From the IMG/VR virus record IMGVR_UViG_3300045988_155830, positions 1-64,000 of that record: a stretch of 64,000 nt of DNA; one strand, 5' to 3'. The position numbers were made by a program, and so were the translations under genes. The DNA is from a virus. Shown one piece after another: positions 35,821 through 45,842 of this stretch. The notes under the pieces are model-generated. The model saw only the letters and a list, made by a program, of their open reading frames with translations, searched no databases and was not told the origin of the DNA. Every line of letters starts with the position of its first letter. The stretch's first letter is position 1.

Positions 35821-35973
35821 ATGAAAATGAAATGTAAATATGAACAAAGGGCAAATCTTGGTGAGAAATATATCAAGTGTGGACGTGACGGTTCAATCCG
35901 CCATTATCCCTGCCATAGTAATAAATACCATCAGACATTTTGGGAAAAGCTCAAAAGAAAACTTGGCTTTTAA
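35821..35973 (+). CDS. hypothetical small Cys/His protein
   Basis: RBS GGAAGG before the ATG. Confidence 0.35.
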   Translation: MKMKCKYEQRANLGEKYIKCGRDGSIRHYPCHSNKYHQTFWEKLKRKLGF

Positions 35974-35985
35974 TGAGGGCGTTTT

Positions 35986-36855
35986 ATGATAGATGTTAAA
36001 CCACATAATGAAATCAAATTAAGAGTACCACCCGAACAAAATGGAGATTGTGGCGAAATAGTCATTTTTAATGAAGATTGTTTCGTAACAATGAGTTCTA
36101 TAAGACAATCTTCTATTGATGTAATTTTGACAAGTCCATTTTATAACACAAATAAAAAAGCAGGTAATAACAGAACACTTGAAAATACAAAAGTTTTAGA
36201 TGGTCAATACAATTATGTTAGATATGACACCCACATCGACAATATGACGAATGATGAATACTGTAAATTTACAGAAAAATTATTTAATGAATTTGACAAG
36301 ATATTAAAAGATAATGGTGTGGTTTTATACAACATTAGTTATGGTTCTGAAAATACAGACTGTATGTTTAGGGCAATCAATTCTGTCATTATGAATACAC
36401 CATTCACCATCGGAGATGTAATTGTGTGGAAGAAGAAAACTGCTTTACCAAATAGTTGCTCACCTAATAAACTTACGAGAATTTGGGAGTTTGTATTTGT
36501 TATTTGTAGAAAGATAGAAATTAAATCTTTCAAATGCAATAAGAAAATCACAAGTTATCGTAAGACTGGACAGGCAGCATATGAGAATATCTACAACATA
36601 ATTGAAGCAAGAAACAATGACGGAAGTTGTCCTTATAACAAGGCGACATATTCAAGTGAATTATGTGAAAAGTTGTTGACATTATATGCTCCTGAAGGTG
36701 CAACGGTTTATGACCCATTTTTAGGTAGTGGTACTACTGCTGTTGCTTGTAAGAGATTAAGACTTAATTGTTATGGCTCTGAAATCTCAAAGAATCAATG
36801 CAAATGGGCATTTAACAGATTAAAAGAGGTTACATATGATTCGGGTTCGATATAG
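35986..36855 (+). CDS. DNA methyltransferase (beta-class N6A/N4C; motif IV precedes motif I)
   Basis: ILTSPFY (DPPY-like) is N-terminal and VYDPFLGSGTT (FxGxG) is C-terminal. Confidence 0.8.
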   Translation: MIDVKPHNEIKLRVPPEQNGDCGEIVIFNEDCFVTMSSIRQSSIDVILTSPFYNTNKKAGNNRTLENTKVLDGQYNYVRYDTHIDNMTNDEYCKFTEKLFNEFDKILKDNGVVLYNISYGSENTDCMFRAINSVIMNTPFTIGDVIVWKKKTALPNSCSPNKLTRIWEFVFVICRKIEIKSFKCNKKITSYRKTGQAAYENIYNIIEARNNDGSCPYNKATYSSELCEKLLTLYAPEGATVYDPFLGSGTTAVACKRLRLNCYGSEISKNQCKWAFNRLKEVTYDSGSI

Positions 36856-37171
36856 AGGGCAATTATTAAAACATAATGAGCTTAACGAGATTGCGAATAA
36901 TTACATATTAACAAAACACGCAAAAGAAATGATTGACAAAAGATGCCCTAACCTAAATATAAAACATTCAATTAAACATCCTATTTTGGCTTATTTTAAT
37001 ACGGATGGTAGCGTGAATATTGCAATAAATGGTTTTGAGTATTTAGTAGTATTACTTGATAGATTCCCGTATAAAATTATCACATTCAAAGAGAAATCAC
37101 ACAATGGTATAAATATTTATTTCAAAAGATATTTAGCTCAAATGGGATATTGCAGAAAATTATTTCAGTAA
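36836..37171 (+). CDS. hypothetical protein
   Basis: 111-aa ORF overlapping the methyltransferase stop. Confidence 0.45.
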   Translation: MIRVRYRGQLLKHNELNEIANNYILTKHAKEMIDKRCPNLNIKHSIKHPILAYFNTDGSVNIAINGFEYLVVLLDRFPYKIITFKEKSHNGINIYFKRYLAQMGYCRKLFQ

Positions 37172-37267
37172 GAGGTTTTTGAAATAAAATATCAGATGAT
37201 GACATTAACGACCATTCACAAAATTGGTTGTCTAATGATTACATAAATAGAGTCATTATTACAAACT

Positions 37268-38203
37268 ATGAAACGATGGATTTTAACAATAGAGGAATTT
37301 AATACAAAACCTTTAATTTATGCTGAATCTGCTGAAAAAGCAAGACAGGTTTTTAGCTCTGAAAATGTTACAGATATTCAACCATATACAGATATGTCCT
37401 ATCTTGATACTATTCAAGAGTTGAAAAGCAAATCTGAACTTTTAGCAATACACAAAATTCCTCAAAATAGAATAAAAGAATGGTATAAGTATCAATTACA
37501 AGATGGTATGTTGCGATTTAGGCTATATAAAGACAATACCGATGATTTGTATTATGACATTGTTGAATATCAGTTTATGTCAAATGATAGTTTAGTTTAT
37601 CCTATAACATTTACTTATTCTAATCCTGCCGAAGTTTACGAATTATTTTTTACAGCACCGCTTTCTTGTGAAGTGGTTTCATATAGATTTTACGGTCAGC
37701 CAAAATTATCAAGACCAGCAGAATTAAAAGGAGTAAAGCAAAGTTTTTCAGCGGATTGGATTTCAAACAAGTGCAAGTGTCAATGTGTTGTAAAAGGTGA
37801 TGACCTTTGGATTAAACACAGGGATTTCTTTTCACCCTTACATAGACCATCTGACCCAAGTGACAATGGAACGCCATTGGTATATCGTGCCAAAAAGTAT
37901 TTTGGCATTGATTTAAGTAGCAAAGAAAAGTTTTGTTATTCAGATTGTTGGGGCGAAATCATATTACGAAATGAGGCGTGGATTGTATTCCGAAATTTTG
38001 GTCAGGTAATACGCCGAGATAGACAGTCACCAATTCAAAATATGATTAAAGCATTTTCAAATAGTGATTTTTGTATTAAACACTCAATATCACAATACGA
38101 TTTGAGCAATGGTGATTGGGAAAGATTTTTTGAAAATGTATGTTGTAATTATAAAGCGCAGGTTGATATACTTGGCGCTTCGTTGAAAAATGAAAGGAGT
38201 TGA
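37268..38203 (+). CDS. hypothetical protein (311 aa)
   Basis: Long ORF. Confidence 0.5.
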   Translation: MKRWILTIEEFNTKPLIYAESAEKARQVFSSENVTDIQPYTDMSYLDTIQELKSKSELLAIHKIPQNRIKEWYKYQLQDGMLRFRLYKDNTDDLYYDIVEYQFMSNDSLVYPITFTYSNPAEVYELFFTAPLSCEVVSYRFYGQPKLSRPAELKGVKQSFSADWISNKCKCQCVVKGDDLWIKHRDFFSPLHRPSDPSDNGTPLVYRAKKYFGIDLSSKEKFCYSDCWGEIILRNEAWIVFRNFGQVIRRDRQSPIQNMIKAFSNSDFCIKHSISQYDLSNGDWERFFENVCCNYKAQVDILGASLKNERS

Positions 38204-39264
38204 TTATATGTCTTTCTATTACAGCAATGAAATTGTTTTTAGAGGACATCCCTGACAAAGTTTGCGACCAAATAAGTGATGCACTTCTTGATGCTTTTTT
38301 GAAACAGGATAAACATAGCAGATGCGGCATTGAAACTGTCGGTGGCAAAGGAAAAATATTCGTAACAGGTGAAGTAACTTCAAGAGCATTAGTCAATGTA
38401 ACAAACATTGTTAAAGAAGTTCTTCGTGATGTTGGATATGACCCAAATAAATATGAAGTTATTGATAACATCGGTAAACAGTCACCTGATATTGCGCAGG
38501 GCGTTGATGATGGAGGTGCTGGAGACCAAGGAATGATGTTCGGGTATGCGTGCAGAGATACAGTGGATTACATTCCTACGGCAATGGCTATCCTTCAAGA
38601 TTTATCGGCATTCTATGATAGACTTGTCAAAATTGATGACAGATTTCTCCCTGATGGCAAGGCACAGATAACAGGATTCTATGATGAAAATAACAAATTG
38701 GAGTATATAAATGATTTTATTATCTCATATCAGAACAAAGAAACAAATCGAGCAGAGACAGATAAAATTCTTACTGACTACTGTGAGACACTTTGTTCAA
38801 ATTACGGAATTGCAATCAGAGAGTTTCACATCAATCCGACAGGTAAATTCTTAATCGGTGGTTTTGATGGAGATGCAGGTCTAACCGGCAGAAAAATTGT
38901 AGTTGACAATTATCAGTCTTTTGCAAATGTCGGAGGTGGTGCATTCTCTGGTAAAGACCCAACAAAAGTTGACCGTTCAGCAGCGTATAAGGCAAGACAG
39001 CTTGCAATCGAATGTCTTGATACATCGCCCGATGTCAACTGGTGTGAAATTCAGATTTCTTATGCAATAGGTATGGATAAGCCTCTTGGAATTTATGCAA
39101 AGACAGATAAGGGAGTAATTGATATACCGGATTGTTTCTATGATGAATGCACACCAAAAAGGATTATCGAAGATTTGCATTTGATAGATGGAACATTTAA
39201 GTTTAATGATACTGCAAAGTTTGGTCACTTCGGTCATTCCGAATTTCCGTGGGAGTCAAGATAA
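38200..39264 (+). CDS. metK: S-adenosylmethionine synthetase (MetK), with a probable +1 indel near the N-terminus
   Basis: GGGAFSGKDPTKVDRSAAY signature and PDKVCDQISDALLDA. An ATG at 38208 with an AGGAG RBS opens another frame encoding ..FRGHP, which meets the canonical GHPDK only if one C of the CCC run at 38250-38252 is removed. Confidence 0.85.
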   Translation: MIICLSITAMKLFLEDIPDKVCDQISDALLDAFLKQDKHSRCGIETVGGKGKIFVTGEVTSRALVNVTNIVKEVLRDVGYDPNKYEVIDNIGKQSPDIAQGVDDGGAGDQGMMFGYACRDTVDYIPTAMAILQDLSAFYDRLVKIDDRFLPDGKAQITGFYDENNKLEYINDFIISYQNKETNRAETDKILTDYCETLCSNYGIAIREFHINPTGKFLIGGFDGDAGLTGRKIVVDNYQSFANVGGGAFSGKDPTKVDRSAAYKARQLAIECLDTSPDVNWCEIQISYAIGMDKPLGIYAKTDKGVIDIPDCFYDECTPKRIIEDLHLIDGTFKFNDTAKFGHFGHSEFPWESR

Positions 39265-39668
39265 TGTCGATATTTGAACAATCTAAAATCCGAGGTTATA
39301 AATTCCTCGATAGATGCATCACTTTATCGAACTACATAATTACTTTTTATATTGAAGATATGGTTTCAGCTAAAACAATGCTTGATGAAATCATTGAATA
39401 TTACAAGAAAGTGACTTATGATTGCGAGATAAAATCTATTGTTGAAGGTGAGCAAATTAAGATTGAGTTTTTCAATGGTAGCATTATCAATTTAATATTA
39501 ATAACCCAAGAGAATATGATTCCCGAAATTTGTTCACAAGTTATTTTTATGGATTCTCGAATAAGAGAAACATATATTCAAGAAGTTATTAAGCCAAAAA
39601 TTGACCAATATGTTCTCGGTGAGAGAAATGCAATACTCAATCCGAAACCAATTTATCTTGTTTTTTAA
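39249..39668 (+). CDS. hypothetical protein
   Basis: 139-aa ORF. Confidence 0.45.
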   Translation: MGVKIMSIFEQSKIRGYKFLDRCITLSNYIITFYIEDMVSAKTMLDEIIEYYKKVTYDCEIKSIVEGEQIKIEFFNGSIINLILITQENMIPEICSQVIFMDSRIRETYIQEVIKPKIDQYVLGERNAILNPKPIYLVF

Positions 39669-39684
39669 GTTAGGAGGATTAAAA

Positions 39685-40251
39685 ATGGCTAAAGAAAAAA
39701 GTAAATTCAGTTTGAAATTAACAGCAATTATTCTTGCTATTATTGTTGCCGTTTCAATGATGTTTATATTCGGTTTCAATGGTGTTAAAAACAAGGCGAT
39801 TTCTTATGAGGAGCAAATCAGTACGGCACAGTCTGACATTAAGGTTCAGGAAAAGCGCAGAGCAGACCTTATGCCTAATCTTGTTGATTGTGTTAAACAG
39901 TATGATAATCACGAATACGAAACCCTAATGGCTGTCGTTGAAGCAAGAGGCACATCGTCTGATAATTCTGTAAACGAGATTCAGACTATGATTAACGCAG
40001 TTGCAGAGGCTTATCCAGAATTAAAGAGCAATGAAAACTACAAAGAATTGATGTCGGAACTTACAACGACGGAGAATTTGATTGCAAATTATCGAAGTAA
40101 TTTTAATAAGTTTGTTAAATCTTATAATCAGTATGTAAGGCAATTTCCGAATAGTAATATTCTTGATATACTTGGCTATGAGGTAATTGAATATTCATAC
40201 TTAAATTATGATGTATCGGAAGATGCACCAACAAATCTTTTCGGAGATTAA
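39685..40251 (+). CDS. LemA-family membrane protein
   Basis: N-terminal transmembrane helix, then QEKRRADLMPNLVDCVKQYDNHEYETL, which matches the LemA signature; RBS AGGAGG. Confidence 0.75.
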   Translation: MAKEKSKFSLKLTAIILAIIVAVSMMFIFGFNGVKNKAISYEEQISTAQSDIKVQEKRRADLMPNLVDCVKQYDNHEYETLMAVVEARGTSSDNSVNEIQTMINAVAEAYPELKSNENYKELMSELTTTENLIANYRSNFNKFVKSYNQYVRQFPNSNILDILGYEVIEYSYLNYDVSEDAPTNLFGD

Positions 40252-40254
40252 CCT

Positions 40255-41025
40255 ATGGATAAGAGGTTAGTAACCAAGCGTGAAGTCCTCTTTAGTATTG
40301 TCATTATTTCTGTTATGCTTGTATTTGGTTTTATGATTTCATCAGGAATAAGTAATTCTTTAATGAATGATTATCAGGAATACAATACAGCATTGCAGAT
40401 AGACAATAACAAAGATGTGTTTCAACACGGTATGAGAACAAATATAGGTAATGCTTTCGTATATGGTAAACTTAAAGCTATTGATACAGTTTCTTATAAT
40501 GAAATTGAGGGAGACTTTTCCTACATAAAGAAAGTCAAAGAGAAATATACAAGACACACAAGAACGGTAACAAAAACGAGAACCAACTCAAAAGGCAAAA
40601 CCGAAACATATACGGAAACAGAAGAATATTATACTTGGGATTATGTTAGTCAAGAATCAAAAAGTTCTACAAAGATTGATTTTATTGGTGTTGAGTTTCC
40701 TTATGATACAATTCATTTACCAAGTGAAAGAGAAATAAAAACGATATATGTAGATGGTGATTGGTGGCATTCATCAGGAGATATAAGATATGTGTATTAT
40801 GCTGCTCCGGCCGAATGTAAAGGAACACTACACGCTGTACTTAAAGATAATACAATTTCTAATGTTCACTTTTATTATGATAAGAATATTGAAGATACAA
40901 TCGAAAACCTTGAGTCCGAATGGCAGATAATAGTTTTCTGGATTTTTTGGATATTACTTATAGGTGGATTGGTAGTAGGTTTTTATGTCATTGATAATAA
41001 GTGGCTTGAAGATAAAAAGAAATAA
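40255..41025 (+). CDS. membrane protein (N- and C-terminal transmembrane helices)
   Basis: Hydrophobic segments at both ends; follows lemA. Confidence 0.5.
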   Translation: MDKRLVTKREVLFSIVIISVMLVFGFMISSGISNSLMNDYQEYNTALQIDNNKDVFQHGMRTNIGNAFVYGKLKAIDTVSYNEIEGDFSYIKKVKEKYTRHTRTVTKTRTNSKGKTETYTETEEYYTWDYVSQESKSSTKIDFIGVEFPYDTIHLPSEREIKTIYVDGDWWHSSGDIRYVYYAAPAECKGTLHAVLKDNTISNVHFYYDKNIEDTIENLESEWQIIVFWIFWILLIGGLVVGFYVIDNKWLEDKKK

Positions 41026-41042
41026 TTAAAGGAGATTAAGAA

Positions 41043-41639
41043 ATGAATATGTTCAATGGTATGTTTGGTAAAGTAGCCAACGGAATGTGCAGACTTTCAA
41101 TGAATGGTGAGGTTGCCGTAAAGACAAGCGATGGTTATAAGACTTATAATATCAAGAAAAATAGACTTACAAATTGCAATAACTTCGTTTTCAATCTTGG
41201 TGAGGAATTTTTCTTTGTAATTCCTACTAATAAAGTTGAAGCTGGCGACATTATTCTTGTATCAGGCAAGCCAAAGTGTGTTATTGCAGTAAATAATGAT
41301 ACAATTAAGGTCATTGATTATGAGGATTCAACTGTTAAGGACATTCTTCCAGAACGCCACGTTTTTATGGGTAATACATATTTTTACGGCAAGATTGTTT
41401 CAATGTTCGGAAATGACTTGATGAAGGGTAAAAAAGGTATGGACAAAATGATGTCCTATATGATGATGTCTGAAATGATGAAGGGCAGCAATGGCGGAAC
41501 AATGGGTGATAATGGTATGGCTTCAATGCTTCCATTTATGTTGCTTGGTGGCGGAAATAGGTTTACCGATATATTTGATGGTATGTTCGATTCCGATAAC
41601 AATGATGAAGAAGTAACAGAAGATAAGGAGGCAGAATAA
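41043..41639 (+). CDS. hypothetical protein (Met/Gly-rich C-terminus)
   Basis: RBS AGGAG. Confidence 0.45.
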   Translation: MNMFNGMFGKVANGMCRLSMNGEVAVKTSDGYKTYNIKKNRLTNCNNFVFNLGEEFFFVIPTNKVEAGDIILVSGKPKCVIAVNNDTIKVIDYEDSTVKDILPERHVFMGNTYFYGKIVSMFGNDLMKGKKGMDKMMSYMMMSEMMKGSNGGTMGDNGMASMLPFMLLGGGNRFTDIFDGMFDSDNNDEEVTEDKEAE

Positions 41640-42496
41640 TGGGTTGCGGAACTTGGACTACAAGTGATTATACAATTTACTCAAAATCTGTTGGTAGAAC
41701 TGTTCTTGATGACGGTAATTTAGATAAGAGTTATTCTGCACAGGATTTATTTAAGTCAAGATGTATTCAACCTGAATTAGACCCTTATAATGTAGTTCGT
41801 CAGTGTTGTGATTCAGACGAACATCCTAATACAATCCCGGTTATTCTTGCTCTTGATGTTACGGGTAGTATGGGTAGTGCTGCCGCAGAAGTCGCAAAGA
41901 AACTCAATGAGGTTATGACAAGACTCTATGGGGAAGTAACTGACGTGGAATTCCTTGTTATGGGTATTGGCGATTTGGCTTATGATAATGCACCTATTCA
42001 GGCTTCACAGTTTGAATCAGATGTTCGTATTGCCGAGCAGCTTGATAAAATTTATTTTGAAAGAGGTGGTGGCGGTAATTCATTTGAGTCATATACTGCT
42101 GCGTGGTATTTTGGATTAAAACACACCGACCTCGATTGCTGGAAGCGTGGTAAGAAAGGCATTATCATTACAATGGGAGATGAATCATTAAATCCTTATC
42201 TTCCTGCAAATAGATTAAGTGCCATAACCGGAGATTCATTGCAGACTGATGTTGAAACAGAAACACTTTATAAGGCGGCAAGTGAAAAATTTGATATTTA
42301 CCACTTGGCTATTGATGATACTGCTACAAGTTATTCTTGGCATAAAGATGGTATTAACAATACTTATAGCAAGTATCTTGATAACAAACATTTCCTTACT
42401 GTTGGATTGAATAATATTGCAAGCACTATTGTTAATATTATAACCAATGCAAAAGATGAGGAAGTTGCAAATACAAATACTGAAATTTCTTGGTGA
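41639..42496 (+). CDS. von Willebrand factor A (vWA) domain protein
   Basis: MIDAS-like LALDVTGSMGS (DxSxS). Confidence 0.55.
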   Translation: MGCGTWTTSDYTIYSKSVGRTVLDDGNLDKSYSAQDLFKSRCIQPELDPYNVVRQCCDSDEHPNTIPVILALDVTGSMGSAAAEVAKKLNEVMTRLYGEVTDVEFLVMGIGDLAYDNAPIQASQFESDVRIAEQLDKIYFERGGGGNSFESYTAAWYFGLKHTDLDCWKRGKKGIIITMGDESLNPYLPANRLSAITGDSLQTDVETETLYKAASEKFDIYHLAIDDTATSYSWHKDGINNTYSKYLDNKHFLTVGLNNIASTIVNIITNAKDEEVANTNTEISW

Positions 42497-42502
42497 TAAA
42501 TA

Positions 42503-43702
42503 ATGAGTAAAGTTAAGGTCAAAGTAGTAATAGGTAGTAATTATGGAGATGAAGGAAAAGGATTGGCAACACATTTTTTCTCTCAATCCGAGAAAAATAA
42601 GTGCTTAAATGTTTTATTTAATGGAGGATGTCAACGAGGTCATACTGTCGAACTTAAAGATGGCACAAGGCATATTTTCCATCATTTTGGAAGTGGCACA
42701 TTTGATAATGCTCATACATACTTTGACCAAAACTTTATGGTTAATCCTGCAATCTTCATTCAAGAATATAATGAGCTTAAAAAATATGGCATCAAACCTA
42801 TATGTATGATTTCTCCTAAATGTAGAGTAAACACTATGTATGATATGTTTATCAATCAAATTGTTGAAATACATAGAGAGAATAAAAGACACGGTTCTTG
42901 TGGTTATGGTATTTGGGAAACACAAAAAAGGTATGATGATGGTGTTTTTGCATTAGATTATAACCAACTATCTCATATGAACGATAAAGATGTTGTAGAT
43001 TATCTACATAATATAGCAAATGTTTATTTACCTAAAAAATTATTTGAATACGGAATAACAGAAATTCCACAAGAGTATCAAGAGTTGATAAAGTCTAAAG
43101 GGTTAATTGAACATTTCGTTAGTGATTTAAGAGAAATGCAATATATAACTTTTATGTGTGATTTCGATAGAATCCGAAATAAGTATAATACCATTATATT
43201 TGAGGGTGCGCAAGGTCTTGAACTTGATGAGAATAATTTAAAAGCATTGCCATACATCACAGCAAGTAATACTACTTCTTATACACCCATTCAAAGAGTT
43301 AATGATTTTGATTGTGATGTTGAAATTTGTTATATTACAAGGTCTTATTTTACCAGACACGGAGCAGGAACATTGCCAACAGAATGTGATAAGTCGGATA
43401 TAAATGAAGATATAACTGACCTTACAAACTGTTATAACGATTACCAGCAAACAATAAGGTATGGAATGTTTGATTATGATGAGTTTATCAATAGAGTGAA
43501 AACTGATATACAAAGAGCAAGAGAAAAAATCAGCGGAACAAAAACTTCTGTTATGATTACTCATTTGAATTATACGGATAATGAAATTGCAGGTAATTGT
43601 AAAATTCAAGATTTGTTAAAACATTTCGATAATATATATTTATCTAATACAAAATTTTCAGAAGATATAAAGAGAACCAACAAAGGAAGTACAATACATT
43701 GA
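42503..43702 (+). CDS. adenylosuccinate synthetase-like enzyme (PurA/PurZ family)
   Basis: N-terminal VVIGSNYGDEGKG P-loop typical of PurA; 399 aa, shorter and more divergent than housekeeping PurA. Confidence 0.65.
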   Translation: MSKVKVKVVIGSNYGDEGKGLATHFFSQSEKNKCLNVLFNGGCQRGHTVELKDGTRHIFHHFGSGTFDNAHTYFDQNFMVNPAIFIQEYNELKKYGIKPICMISPKCRVNTMYDMFINQIVEIHRENKRHGSCGYGIWETQKRYDDGVFALDYNQLSHMNDKDVVDYLHNIANVYLPKKLFEYGITEIPQEYQELIKSKGLIEHFVSDLREMQYITFMCDFDRIRNKYNTIIFEGAQGLELDENNLKALPYITASNTTSYTPIQRVNDFDCDVEICYITRSYFTRHGAGTLPTECDKSDINEDITDLTNCYNDYQQTIRYGMFDYDEFINRVKTDIQRAREKISGTKTSVMITHLNYTDNEIAGNCKIQDLLKHFDNIYLSNTKFSEDIKRTNKGSTIH

Positions 43703-44439
43703 TTAAAATTAACACCCCCCTGCCAAATCTTATATGTGGAGAGTGTTTAACAGAATTAAGCAAAATACCAAACGAGAGCATTGATTTAATTGTAACAGAC
43801 CCACCTTATAAAATTACTTCTCGTGGGAACGCCGGAAATTCAGGTGGTATGTTACAAAAGAAAATCAATATGCGAGGTCAAGTATTTAAGCATAATAACA
43901 TTGATTGTTCAGAATATGCATCGGAGTTTTATAGAATATTAAAAGATGGCAGTCATTGTTATGTAATGACCAATCATATCAATCTTATTCATATGTTGAA
44001 CACTTTTACTGATTTAAGGACAGAGGAAGAAAAAGATAATGGCGTTAAGCCCTATGGTTTCCATTTTATTAAGTCTTTGATATGGGATAAAGGAAACAAA
44101 ATAATGGGTCAATTCTATATGTCACAGTTTGAATACATATTATTTTTCCGCAAAGGTCGTGGCGTAAGAATTAACCATTGTGGAACAAGCGATATTTTAT
44201 CTATACCAAACATCAAATTAAAAGGTATTGACGGAAAGAATTTACACGATACTGAAAAGCCTGTTAAGTTGATGAAAATATTGATTGACAATTCTTCTCA
44301 ACAAAACGGTATAGTATTAGACCCATTTATGGGTATAGGTAGTACAGGCATTGCTTGTAAAGAGCTTGACCGACAATTCATAGGTATAGAAATAGACCAA
44401 CAATACTACAATATTGCACAGGAACGAATTAAAGGATAA
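43699..44439 (+). CDS. DNA methyltransferase (beta-class N6A/N4C)
   Basis: LIVTDPPYK precedes VLDPFMGIGSTG. Confidence 0.8.
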   Translation: MIKINTPLPNLICGECLTELSKIPNESIDLIVTDPPYKITSRGNAGNSGGMLQKKINMRGQVFKHNNIDCSEYASEFYRILKDGSHCYVMTNHINLIHMLNTFTDLRTEEEKDNGVKPYGFHFIKSLIWDKGNKIMGQFYMSQFEYILFFRKGRGVRINHCGTSDILSIPNIKLKGIDGKNLHDTEKPVKLMKILIDNSSQQNGIVLDPFMGIGSTGIACKELDRQFIGIEIDQQYYNIAQERIKG

Positions 44440-44440
44440 A

Positions 44441-44728
44441 ATGACTGAAATAAAGTTACCTTATACACATCTTCTTTATGTTAGAAAATATTCTATCATT
44501 ACCAATGATTATGAACTTTTTATCGTTGGTGTGAATACTAAAGATATTTTCCATACTATGGGAGAATATTTGTATCGAAGCGAAACACAAGTCAAGAGAA
44601 TAGACAAAGTAGAATGCACACAAGAAAAACTTGACTTTTGGGCAAAAGAAGGATATGAGATTTATGAATTTAAGGACAAGTACATTGTTAAAAATAAAAG
44701 GAAAGAAGAAAATGCAGATTACCATTGA
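44441..44728 (+). CDS. hypothetical protein
   Basis: ATG 44441 with AAAGGA RBS. Confidence 0.4.
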   Translation: MTEIKLPYTHLLYVRKYSIITNDYELFIVGVNTKDIFHTMGEYLYRSETQVKRIDKVECTQEKLDFWAKEGYEIYEFKDKYIVKNKRKEENADYH

Positions 44729-45350
44729 TAGTGCAAATATAAAAATTGAAAATGGAAAGGTTACTATTGACCTTAATCCAGAGCAACTTGCAGCATTAAC
44801 TTGTTCTAATAAAGTTGAATTATCAACACTAAAATCAGGAGATGAATTTAAGCTCGGAGATGAAGTATTCATTGTAATGGAACATACTGATAAAGGAACA
44901 AGAGTTATTTCAAAAGAGTTTGCTTATAAAGAAGTAAAATTCGGCGATAATTCAAATTGGAATACATCTCCTATTCGTAGAATGCTCAATAATGAGTATT
45001 TCGAGAAGATTGCAGCTATCATCGGCGGAGAAAACAATATTATCTCTATGGATAGAGACCTCACTTCTCTCGATGGTTTGGATGATTACGGAACTTGCAC
45101 CGATAAGGTAAGTCTTTTAACCGCTATGGAATATGCAAAGTATCATAAGATTCTTGGCTTGAAATCCAACTATCCTGATTGGTGGTGGCTTATTACTCCT
45201 GCATCCACTCCGAGTAATAACTACGCTCGTCGCGTTTGCTATGTCGGTTCCAGCGGCATTCTTGACCAGAATGGCTGTGACTGTGCCTTTGGTGTGCGCC
45301 CGTTTTTAAATCTTGAATCTTCTATCTCGGTTCTTTTGAATAAGGATTAA
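44712..45350 (+). CDS. DGR target protein 2 (paralog of target 1) with a C-terminal VR
   Basis: The C-terminus YARRVCYVGSSGILDQNGCDCAFGVRPF is homologous to target 1; the nucleotide sequence aligns to TR. Confidence 0.55.
   Translation: MQITIDSANIKIENGKVTIDLNPEQLAALTCSNKVELSTLKSGDEFKLGDEVFIVMEHTDKGTRVISKEFAYKEVKFGDNSNWNTSPIRRMLNNEYFEKIAAIIGGENNIISMDRDLTSLDGLDDYGTCTDKVSLLTAMEYAKYHKILGLKSNYPDWWWLITPASTPSNNYARRVCYVGSSGILDQNGCDCAFGVRPFLNLESSISVLLNKD
45225..45304 (+). repeat. DGR variable repeat VR2 (remote)
   Basis: 80 bp versus TR: 13 mismatches, 9 at TR adenines and 4 at non-A positions; the 3' flank shares atcttgaat..cttc with the VR1 flank. Confidence 0.6.
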
Positions 45351-45781
45351 CGACTATCTATCCATTCACGGAATTGTGACAATACGATTGTTTCAAGACG
45401 AGAAGTTTGAAAAGCATTTTTTCTTGACAAGAGCATTTCAAAACGCTTAAATCGCTGATTTGCTAAATCAATAGGAAGTCTGGAAAGACTACTCATTTCT
45501 TCCGCAGATTTAACACCTAATTCTTTAAAAATAATCATAGGCGCAAGAATTCTAATGGCAAGGTATCTTGGAAATTCAGGATTCGCCATTCCAAAGATTT
45601 TCAAGATACATTCGGCAACGGAAAGAGTATTATCATATAAAGATTTAGAATTGTCAATTAAGTGTTGTAAATCATAAAGAGTAGCAATAGCATTTATATC
45701 AACTGGCAACCGTGAAATATTTGCATCAATGAGTAAATCCCACGCTAAATTTCGTATATGTTTATATTCTTGTTCTGTCAT
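45347..45781 (-). CDS. hypothetical protein (minus strand)
   Basis: 144-aa ORF, co-directional with the repressor module. Confidence 0.5.
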   Translation of the reverse strand: MTEQEYKHIRNLAWDLLIDANISRLPVDINAIATLYDLQHLIDNSKSLYDNTLSVAECILKIFGMANPEFPRYLAIRILAPMIIFKELGVKSAEEMSSLSRLPIDLANQRFKRFEMLLSRKNAFQTSRLETIVLSQFREWIDSR

Positions 45782-45842
45782 AAAAACACCTCATAGAGAT
45801 TGTTCCCTATGAGGTGTAAAATATAACGAATATATTATATTG

